From Ranitomeya imitator (lineage: Eukaryota): a DNA stretch of 64,000 bases. The position numbers were made by a program, and so were the translations under genes. Location of the stretch: contig NC_091285.1 in the NCBI RefSeq assembly GCF_032444005.1, forward strand, positions 47,988,001-48,052,000. Direction: 5' to 3'. This document shows, piece after piece, positions 1 through 9,945 of the stretch (position 1 is its first letter; the number at the start of each line of letters is the position of its first letter). The notes under the pieces are model-generated. The model saw only the letters and a list, made by a program, of their open reading frames with translations, searched no databases and was not told the DNA's origin.

Positions 1-931
1 CGACAGAGAGGACTTACTGTTTACATGCAGCTATTCATTAGCATTATATAATACTCATTATTCCGTACTGCAGGACGTTGGCCGGGAACGTGACCAAGCA
101 AACGAGCTTTTAACACAAGATCTTAGCCCTTGACGTTTTTGGAAGTCTCCTGGTGCGGCTATATTAAGGGGAATATCTTCCAATTGATTACCCCAGCTTG
201 TCCGTCCTATCTCATCTTGGACAAATGCCTTGATTTCAATTTAATTTCAAAGTCTGATTGGCTGCATAAACTCCTAATCTGTCATTGTCCAAGCCAAACG
301 GCCAGAATTTTCTCTCCACGATCAGAATAGCTACAGTACGTGCACCAACCAAAAATAGATTCGGGATGGCTTACGGGAGAAGCCAAGATCGGAGAATTTT
401 TTTTTTCTTCTTCCTTTTTTTTTTATATTGCGTGAGGAATATAAAGCTTTGTGCCTGCAGTATTCTAGAAAGCCTGGATTATTCGCTACATATGTTCAGA
501 TGTTGCTTTATAGCAGGATAAGGATTAGCGTGAAGGGAGAGAGGAATGAAAGAAAATGAGATGGAAATGACAAAAGACAGATGTAGAGATTGCTTCTTCC
601 TATCAGAACTGTCCAAACAGCTAAACCCAATTAAGAGGGCATAAGTCTGTTTTGGCTGGCTAAGTTCATCACATTCGCATTGAAGTTATTCTATCAAGTG
701 TCCAGGTGTAGCTATTTTCACTGAATGGTTTCTGATTGAACAACCCTTCAGCTGTCACGCGCATTGTGATTTATACCGCGCTGTAGTGTAGCTCATTTCT
801 ACCCCTCATTCCTGACAAATGTTAATAATTTAGTGTACATGTAATAAAGGTGAGAAATGAGCCTGATTTCAAAATTTTTAAACTCACCTTTTATTTTTTA
901 TACACACAGTTTTACTAAACAGCCTATGATA

Positions 932-1180
932 GATGGTGGCTGAGTGGTTAGCTCTGGAGCCTTGCATCTCTGGAGTCCTGGGTTCAAATCCCACCAAGGA
1001 CAACATCTGCAAGGAGTTTGTATGTTCTCCCTGTGTTTGTTTGGGTTTCCTCTGGGTTCTCTGGTTTCCTTCCACACTCCAAAGATATCCTGATAGGGAA
1101 TCTTGATTGACGACATTGATGATAATGTCTGTAAAGCGCTGTGGAATTAAAGGCACTAAATAAGTGAATAAAATAAATAA
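932..1180 (+). mobile_element. tRNA-derived SINE, V-SINE-like, with L2-type 3' tail
   Basis: Pol III A box TGGCTGAGTGG (937-947) and B box GGTTCAAATCC (981-991). Central GGGTTTCCTCTGGGTTCTCTGGTTTCCTTCCACACTCCAAAGA resembles the V-SINE core. Tail CTGTAAAGCGCTGTGGAAT (1129-1147) is followed by an A-rich end. Confidence 0.85.
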
Positions 1181-1189
1181 GTTCCCCAT

Positions 1190-2750
1190 CTATTTTGAAT
1201 TTTTCGCAATAGTGATCCCAAATCCCTTAAAATAAGAGGTATTGATTCAATCCATACTGGTATCGGGGGAGGGATGTAAAAAAATTCTCGTTCAATGTAA
1301 GGGTCGGCACGGACTGTAGTCGTGGCCAAGGACACCTGTGCTTCTGTGTCCTGGCCTCCCCTCACAGGAAACCATTCGCCATTAGTCAACATACCTGTAT
1401 CTTCAGGTCCAGCTCCTTCTGGGTCTTCCCTAGGATGAGGGAGACCCACTCCAGACAGATTTGTATTAACTGAGACACAGTCCGAAGTAACCTGAACAAA
1501 ATCATCTTTACTTAGAACATTCGTTGTCTTTACAGCATTTACAACAGGCTCCAGAGTGCATTAATCCTTATCTTTCCTTGCACCTTTCTCACGGTTACAT
1601 AGCCCGGGCCTGGGTCTGACCGTCCCTGACAGTTCCTCTGGACACTCTCTGTACAGCTCTGCTACGGTTAAGCTTCCCTCAGTCTGCTTCACCCCTGACA
1701 CAAGTTCATTATTACCGGAGTCAGTTGCCAGTGGGAGAGTAAACTGCCTTTCTGTGCTATGTGTAGGTGCTAAGTTCCTTCTTACTGTACTCACTGCTTC
1801 TGTGAGGTTTTCCGACCGTTCTGTCCCAGTCCTCAGAATTTCCACCAACGCCAGGAGCTGCCACATCCTGATGTTTCCTCGGGCACTCTGCTGTTCAAGC
1901 CTGCTGTATTTTCTTTCCACTGCTGCGGATGGCTAGGCCCCACCTTAACGGTGCGGAGCTGTTGCTGTGTCCTGGGCCTATTGCCCATGTGGACCCTTTG
2001 GGCACTCCCGCCCCACTGAACTATTCCACGAGCTATTCCCTAACAAAAAAGGGGAGAAGCCAGCGCTGCTTATGGTCAGAACGCAATACATAAAGTGCAC
2101 ATGCACATATTGATTTCTAACTGTATTTCAAAATTAGACGTTTAGCAAACAATTGATCAATTCTTTGAGCCACCCCGCCACGCCAAGGCATTCTCATAAC
2201 GGGGCAGTCCTACTCTACGTTTGTTTATATTTGCTGTGCCATTACGGCCTCCTAAATGTATTAAAAGCAAGACCACATTAAATGAAAACTGTACCTGAAG
2301 TGTTTCTGAATCACTCCCATGGCGCCAGAAAGAGCAAGCGCAGATGAAGGTTGACCAGGTCCGGACATAAACATTTCAGGTCCAACCTCCACACTGCCTA
2401 ACCAGCACCGAAGATGAAGGGTGAGGCAGGTTCAGACACCAGTGCACAAATGAAACAGCCTAGGGCAGGTCAGGGCTGCTGTGTGTGTACAGCAGCCTAG
2501 ATCAATCATATTGAACACAGAAAGAATGGCGTGCATAACCCAGCGCGCACGGCAACAGTGGTGGTCAGCCACAAACCAATGTCAAAACAAAAAGGGGAGA
2601 AGCCAGCGCTGCTTATGGTCAGAACACAATATATAAAGTGCACATGCACATGTTGATTTCTAACTGTATTTCAAAATGAGACATTTAGCAAATAATTGAT
2701 CAATTCTTTGAGCCACCCCGCCACGTCACGGCATTCTCATAGTGGGGCAG
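1190..2750 (-). mobile_element. Decayed retroelement remnant, possibly a Penelope-like 5' region with tandem terminal repeats
   Basis: ~163-bp direct repeat (2044-2207 / 2588-2750), adjacent short minus-strand ORFs (1156-1449, 1561-1920), and a GCTATTCC motif also seen at the ends of the 29.5-kb element. Family assignment is inferred. Confidence 0.35.
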
Positions 2751-3222
2751 CTATTCCCTGGCTTACCAAGCAGCAGCCCCTCCTACTGTTAACCATATAC
2801 TGTCCTAAATTCCTAACACTGTACTACATGGCCTATCCTATAATGTCCCCATCTAGTGGCCAAACTTCTTACTGCACTTACACTATCCACTAAGCACAAA
2901 TATACATTGACCAGAGGCATAATGTACACATTATCCTGACAACAATAAAATAGTATAACCTTAAACATTAATGCAGGCATAAACTTACAAGAGGAGTAAT
3001 ACACATGATGTGTAGCAGTAACCGAATACACAAATGGTAATACACTCAAATGTGTAGTACTTACCAATGTGTATATATTACAAACAGATGATATATGGCA
3101 AAAACATAACCGCAATATATCATATCATATAAGTGGATTGCTACTTTGGGCACTATGACTCCTATGGCATTAAATCAAGCTCTTATTTTTACACCCTTTC
3201 TATAGGTAATTGCTCTATTTTA

Positions 3223-3390
3223 CAGTTCTGGCAAAAATTAAGAGACCACCACATCAAAACCCTGTCATGGGCAGCCCAATCTCCAGACCCGAACGCCATT
3301 GAAAACCTTTGGAATGTAATCTAGAGGATGATGGATAGTCACAAGCCATCAAACAAAGAAGAACTGATTACATTTTTGCGCCAGGAGCAG
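3223..3390 (+). mobile_element. Truncated Tc1-like non-autonomous element
   Basis: TA|CAGTTCTGGCAAAAATTAAGAGACCAC terminus and a Tc1 transposase C-terminal remnant (LSWAAQSPDPNAIENLW). Same family as 17376-17906 and 19333-19870. Confidence 0.8.
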
Positions 3391-4185
3391 TGTGTGCTTC
3401 ATTTTATTTGTATACTATATTTTTGGGCTATACGTCCTTTTTATATACTTCCTCTTTAATCCTCCAAGGGACGAATGTGTGCATGCACGTTTCTCCCGTG
3501 CATGTCTCTAGGCAACCCCCTTCATTTTTGTGCTGTCTGCACATGTCCGGGAGCCCCAGCCAATTGCTTCCCTCCCTGACATGCCCCTTGAGAGCCAGAT
3601 AGCTGGTTGGTGCCTCGATGACGAGGGCCGCGTGGTGCTCATGTGCTGTTCTTCTCAATCTCATTGGTGGAGACAGGTCATGTGAGCACGATTAAGTGAC
3701 TGCTACCATGGATACAAAAAGGTTCTGTCAAGGGACAGAGAGGTTCAAGAATACCTCATCATCTGATTTCTCCTACTCCTGCGCTGATTAGAAGCACTTC
3801 ATGCAGGTTTCTTTTAGCAGTGCAGGGGCTAATCTGCTCAGTTGAGAGCACTTGGAAGCTTTCCTTCATGAAAGCTCTCAACTGTTCAGTGTTGCTCTCT
3901 CCCATCTCTTATATAATCTGGGCCCTGGTAAGCACTCATTGCCAGAGATAGTTTCATTGCTGCATGGTTAGGAGATGATGCTTTGTGTTTGATGTTTGAG
4001 AAGACATTTGGTGGATATATCTGAGACTGTTCCTAGGTTTTGGGTGTGTGCTAATTCCCCTCCTCCTACTTTAGTTTTTCCCATCCTCCACTCCCTGGTT
4101 TTTACCACTATTGTTTGTGTGAGTTGTGGTATGGGGACTGGATATGTGATTAATGGGCGGTATGTATCACAAAGGTGGATGGCTC

Positions 4186-4693
4186 TGTGATGGAAGCCTT
4201 GGCTTGTTTTCTCAGCAGATCTACTGCTGAGGATTTACTATACATTGGGAAGGCTTCTATGTGACTTGGAGAGATGGGTGGGTCGAGTCACCTACATAGC
4301 CCACCCAATGGGGTGTGTCTAGAGATCCAAGATGGAGTCTGTGTCTTTGTGCATGGGCGGCAGTGCTGGCTAGTTTGAGCCAGAATGAGACCTGTTGGAG
4401 GGATGCCTCTGAGAATAAGAGGTATCCGGGCACCTGTGCTGACAGTGCTGACAGTTAACAGAAATTAATCCGTGTCAGACATACTGGGGCTCAGTGAGGA
4501 CCATGGGTTCTATGAAGCCAGATGGCTGCCTCGCAATAAAGAGGTTGCTGTGTGTTACCAAGTTCCCAAAGAGAGGTTTATGCTGTGTACTGATAAGCCT
4601 TATGAACTTTTTAGCCCTGAGAGTCCTGGTACATTCCTCATCGACCATCCGAGTGAGTACTCCCCATCCACAGAGAGTGGAGAAATCATCACA
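4186..4693 (+). mobile_element. Possible solo LTR
   Basis: TGTGATG...CATCACA terminal inverted 7-mer and an internal AATAAA at ~4536. No TSD found. Confidence 0.4.
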
Positions 4694-4772
4694 GAGTATA
4701 TTTGAATGATTGCTATTTTTCTTTATCCCTGATTATTAATATTCTTGTTGGTGTATTAGGGACCATTGCTAA

Positions 4773-5850
4773 TGTGGCACCCCAGGAGTCCAGTTGCCAC
4801 AATGGCATCGCCTTCCTTACGGGGGGGGGGGTGATGTCATACCTGGAAGGAAGGAGGGATCCCCTTAGCAGGTAACACAAACATACAACACCTTCCTAAC
4901 TCCAGACCAGAAGGGGGGGCTCTAAACCCGGTTTCAGGGTAGCTTCCCTATACGTTCTGGTCTGGAGGCGAGGTTAGAGAGTTTAGTGTGAGACAGTGAA
5001 GGAAGAGGAAGCATGTGAGGAGAGAGACTGGGAGTGAAACCGTGACTGAACTCTTCCCAAGATTAAGTGCAAAAGAAACCGGACACTAGAGTTCATGGTT
5101 TCAAAAGTACTAAAGGCCCAGCAACGTGAACCAGAGGGCAGGAGATTGCAGGTCTCCTGGCCATTCTGACAACTGGAGGCACCACAGCAGGTCAGGAGCC
5201 TGGGGCTGCCAGTGAGAAGACAGTGCCCATGAAAGGCTCATGCTGTCAACCATATGAATTAGGAGTAACAGACACTGAGAGGAACTTGTGTAAAACTTCA
5301 AGCAGCAAGGAACAGAGAATACAGTGCAAAAGGAAGGCCTCAGACCCACCTACCCAGGTGGATCCCAAATTACTCCCAGGCTGTCTGGACCCCATCAACA
5401 CCTGTACCCTGTGCCCCGAACTGCACCTGCAATTCACCAGTAAAAGGTAAAGGAAGCTGCAATCCCTGTGTCCTCCAATTATTTCCTGTACACTCAGTCC
5501 TGAGTCCTGACTGAGACTAAGAGCACTTGTGTGTTCGAAACGCTTACAGTTTATACAGGCACTCTCCTTCCGGTACATCCGGTTTTTGTATGTCTTCTAG
5601 CCTATTTTTATTTTATATGAATACTGTTAAAGTTAAGTGATTTTATCTCTTGGAGCTGGATTCCCTTTGTTCACATGTACACTCAGTCCTGCACCCCACC
5701 ATCTATCATCCCTGACCAACTGCACTGGTAGCCCTGGGGCCACGCTCCACCTGTGGGTAGCAGAACCATCCTCGCTGCGTTACCATCTGCCCTAGTGGTC
5801 CCTTTAAGCAGCGTCGGTCATCCTGGCCAAACACCACAGGTGGCGTCACA
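4773..5850 (+). mobile_element. 5' LTR of Ty3/Gypsy retrotransposon (right boundary uncertain, may extend to ~6000)
   Basis: TGTGGCAC...GCGTCACA termini upstream of the PBS and gag-pol remnants. Confidence 0.6.
5503..5675 (+). mobile_element. Penelope-like 3' fragment inserted in the LTR
   Basis: 16-bp TSD TGTACACTCAGTCCTG (5487-5502 / 5676-5691). Contains a decayed hammerhead-like GAGCAC-TTGT-GTGTTC-GAAACGC. Confidence 0.6.
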
Positions 5851-6002
5851 AACTGTCCCCCATAGACTTTTTTTCCACTTCCCCTTATCATTTTTGTTGG
5901 ATGCCCAGGGCCACGGACAGGGTCACCGCCTCCATGACCACCCCTTTAAGTACTGCCGGACAAGTCCTGCGTACCCCACGGTCCTAGCGGGTGCTCCATC
6001 TT

Positions 6003-6020
6003 TGGCGTCACGAGCAGGAT
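6003..6020 (+). promoter_or_regulatory. Primer-binding site, probably tRNA-Ser(CGA)
   Basis: TGGCGTCACGAGCAGGAT is complementary (one G:U) to the 3' end ...AUCCUGUUCGUGACGCCA of a vertebrate tRNA-Ser(CGA), recalled from memory. It lies between the LTR and gag. Confidence 0.6.
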
Positions 6021-6192
6021 ATCGCAGCCCGGTACCACCGGGTCCTGTGTGCCATTTAACTTTATTGAGCTGTGTGATAACCGCCATTGCCACACTACGC
6101 AGTGTGCGAGGAGCAGAGGAGGAGTGCCTTCATGGGCGAAGCAAAAGAAAGAGCTTGAAGGGAAGCTGCGCTCCATGCTCTGCTGTGTGCGG

Positions 6193-8245
6193 ATGAAAAA
6201 GCAGGAAGCCCTGGACTTGAGAACCTGAAGGTGCACTGTCCAGATCGCCAGTGGAGCAGTCACTCACTCTGGTACTGAAACTCAGGGCCTTGCAGAGGTT
6301 AACTAGGGGGAGGAGCATATCGAATCCAGGTGGAGATTCAGCAGTGGCCGCAGCCGCAGCACCCATGTTACGGCCAGGCCAAGCGGCAGCTGTAGCCCCC
6401 ATAGTACCACCAGACCCAGCGGTGGCCACTGCTGAAGCCCCCATGATACAGCCAGACCAAGCGGTGGCTGCAACCTCCATAAACTGTCCGGATCCAGCAG
6501 CAGCCACAGTTACAGCCTCCATAATGCCTCTATCGATGCCGTACATACGCGAAGCAGCCTGGTTACCATAGTACCCAGGGTAGTCACACACCCTGAGTGA
6601 TTTCAAGGAGAGACTCTGCAGTTTGTTTGAAGTGTACCCCCTGTCTGAGAATCAAAACGTCAGTGCCCTAACTGGCCAGTTAACTGGTGCAGCTCAGAGT
6701 GAGGTAAAGTCCTGGCAGGACACCGATAAAAGGACTGTTAAGCAAATCTTCTCTAGGCTGAAAAATACTTTTGACACCCGCACTGCAGCAGAGATAAAGA
6801 TTAGATTCTTTGGGTGTAAACAAAGGGTGCAGTACAGTATATGGGTCTATGCCCTTATTTTCCAGGAGTCACTGTGGACCATTAAGCAGGTTGACCCTGA
6901 CAGCGTGCAAGATTGGGACATTGTCATGATAAGGTAATTCAGTACCACAATGGACATTGAGGTCAGAGCACATACAGTGACCTGACAATAACCCAAAAAC
7001 ATAGAACGAGCTCTGAGACGTGGAAACTCTGCTGACCGCAATCCCTAATCCTCTCCAACACACTAAAGGCAGCCGTGGATTGCGCCTAACGCTCCCTATG
7101 CAACTCGGCACAGCCTGAGAAACTAGCTAGCCTGAAGATAGAAAATAAGCTTACCTTGCCTCAGAGAAATACCCCAAAGGAAAAGGCAGCCCCCACATAT
7201 AATGACTGTGAGTAAAGATGAAAAGACAAACGTAGAGATGAAATAGATTTAGCAAAGTGAGGCCCGACTTTCTGAACAGAGCGAAGATAGGAAAGGTAAC
7301 TTTGCGGTCAACACAAAACCCTATAAAAACCATGCAAAGGGGGCAAAAAGACCCTCCGTACCGAACTAACGGCACGGAGGTACACCCTCTGCGTCCCAGA
7401 GCTCCCAGCAAGCAGGAAAAAACAAATAGACAAGCTGGACAGAAAAAAACAGCAAACAAAATAGCAAAGCGGAAGTTAGCTATGCAGAGCAGCAGGCCAC
7501 AGGAACGATCCAGGAGGAAACAGGTCCAATACTAGAACATTGACTGGAGGCCAGGATCAAAGCACAAGGTGGAGTTAAATAGAGCAGCACCTAACGACTT
7601 CACCACATCACCTGAGGAAGGAAACTCAGAAGCCGCAGTACCACTTTCCTCCACCAACGGAAGCTCACAGAGAGAATCAGCCGAAGTACCACTTGTGACC
7701 ACAGGAGGGAGCTCTGCCACAGAATTCACAACAGGACATATTGTTAAAGGAACAATTTATTGAGGAACTCCTCTCCAGCACCCACAGGACACAGCTGTGC
7801 ATCTTGGCCCTACAGAACCCTGACCTGGACTTTGAACATTTTAAAGATAGGGCCATCCGGATGCTGCATGAACCAAATTTTAGCCGCGCAGCCCCCTAGG
7901 TGCCCAGCATTTACATACCTCCTGGAAGCGGCATCCTTTCCCCAGACCCTTGTTGAAGCCGACACACAGACCCTAGATAATGACCCTTCTTCAGAACTGT
8001 GTCTCCAGGTCCAAGAGCTGACTAAAAGTGTGGCTGCACTAGCAAAAACCTTGTAGTCCATGCAAGTGTCCCCAAAGGAAAAAATCCAGCTGGCTTTCTG
8101 TCCAGATGCCGTCCCATGGCGATGGCAGAAGAGGATCCCACCGACTGGAGGGAGAGAAAACGTCCGCTACCACCACCACGGACAACCCATTTGTTGCTGC
8201 TGCAGCAAGGCGGGACACATCGCAAAATTCTGCAATTTAAATTAG
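6193..8245 (+). pseudogene. Gypsy gag remnant (PNMA-like capsid plus CCHC knuckle), interrupted by a solo LTR
   Basis: Frame QDWD|ILLKEQFIEELL is restored when 6922-7733 and one TSD are removed. Zinc knuckle CCSKAGHIAKFC at ~8195-8235. Contains internal stops. Confidence 0.75.
6922..7733. mobile_element. Solo LTR, family A, copy 1
   Basis: TGTCATGA...TTCACAACA with 6-bp TSD GGACAT (6916-6921 / 7734-7739). Homologous to 15656-16450 and 40324-41109. Confidence 0.9.
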
Positions 8246-8329
8246 CAACCCCTGGGGCAGAGAATCAATCCGCCAGAATAGGAAGACCAGGCCCACAATG
8301 CTGGCAAGCCAAGTACGTCAGAGGATGAC

Positions 8330-9945
8330 CGGTCCTCCCAATTGTGATTGACAGCATCCCAATGAGCACTTTACTGGACACCAGCTCCCAGGTGACGACT
8401 ATTCCATATATTCTTTAAAAATGTACTGGGCCGACTCTGATATTACCTGTGGCCCAGATAATGATCTGACAATAGTTGCTAGCAATGGTTAGCCGTTGGC
8501 ACAAGTGGGGTACAAGGAGGTTACCATTAAGGTGGGGCGGGTAGAGTTGAATGCCCAAGGTCTGGCAATTGTAGATATTGATCGGCGAGAATGTAACCAA
8601 ATGATGACCTTAGGTACAAATGTGATAGAAAACTGTCTTTGGCAAGGTTTTTGTTTTGTTGCAATAGGTGGCCGAAACTGCTGGTTTCAGTGAGCAGCGT
8701 GTCCTGCAAAAAGAGATCAAAGCCCTGATGCAGAGGCAACAGGTAGAGCTGTCTGGTGGAGAAGTCAGCAGCGTCAGAGTGAGTGATCCAATTCCCATTG
8801 CAATACCCGCCTGGAGTGAAATGTTAATCTGGTGGTGAGCGGCAATAGGGGTCAAGACTACCAGACCCTGGTAGAATCTGTGTATTCTTATAGTAGGTCC
8901 ACCATCCTGACAGCCAGAGGGGTAGTTGATATCCGCAAGGGGAGGGTACCAACACGCATCCTGAATTGTGGAGAAAAAGAGGTCCATTTACACAGATATG
9001 CCACCCTTGCTAAGCTGTTCACTGTAAATAACAGCGCAATACAGGCAGTAAAACCATTGCTTCCGTTTGACCAGTTGGAAGACAATGGCTCTGCAGGACA
9101 GCTGGAGAATTGGTGTCAACAGCTACACGTAGGCACTGATTTCACTCCGTCACACCAAAAGCATGAGGCTTAAAGGGTGGTCCAAGAATATGAGTGGGTA
9201 TTCAGCAAACACCCACTAGACTATGGGCAGGTAATAGGGGTCCAACACCATATCCCCATGGGAGATCGTCCGACCATTAAAGATAGGTACCAGCCTGTAC
9301 CTCCAGCTCAGTAGCAATGTGCCAAGGGTATGTTACGGGAGATGAAGTAGGCTGGGGTGATTAGAGACAGTTGTAGCCCATGGGAAGCTCCGTTAGTCCT
9401 CTTCAGAAAAAAAGATGGTAAAATGAGGATGTGTGTTGACTACACCCAGATTAACCGCATTGCACCCGTTACCCAGAATAGAGGAATTATTAGCTGCACT
9501 AAAATCCGCTATTTCTCCACCTTAGATCTCACCAGTGGGTGTTGGCAGGTTCCCATGGCAGAGGCGGATAAAGAGAAGACTACGTTCATGACATCAATGT
9601 GCCACTCCGAGTTCAACAACATGCCATTCGGACTTTGCAACGCACCAGGGACGTTCCAGAGGATGATGGAATGATGGAGTGTTGCCTCAGGCACAAGAAC
9701 TTTGAAACCGTTCTGTTGTACCTGGATGATGTCATCGTCTTCTCCAAGACCTATGAGGACCACTTGAAGCACCTGGCTGAGGTGTTTGAAGCCTTGTCCA
9801 ACTTTGGCCTGAAAGTGAAGCCATTTAAGTGCCACCTGTTGAAGCCAAAGGTGCAGTAACTAGGCCACGTAGTAGCGCAGAAGGCGTGGCCCAAGACCCT
9901 GACAAAGTCACCGTGATCAGGTACTGGCCTAAACCCACCAACATT
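8330..9945 (+). pseudogene. Gypsy pol remnant part 1 (protease, RT)
   Basis: Protease LLDTSSQVTTIP (~8371). RT motifs SPWEAPLVLFRKKDGKMRMCVDY, YFSTLDLTSGCWQV and YLDD (9719-9730). Multiple stops and frameshifts. Confidence 0.9.

Noticed and set aside
932-1000. Functional tRNA gene
   Set aside because: A and B boxes are present but I find no acceptor stem or full cloverleaf; the sequence runs on into SINE core and LINE tail.
2330-2465. Hammerhead core in GATGAAGG...GAAAC-like motifs
   Set aside because: No CTGA core and no pairing stems could be built.
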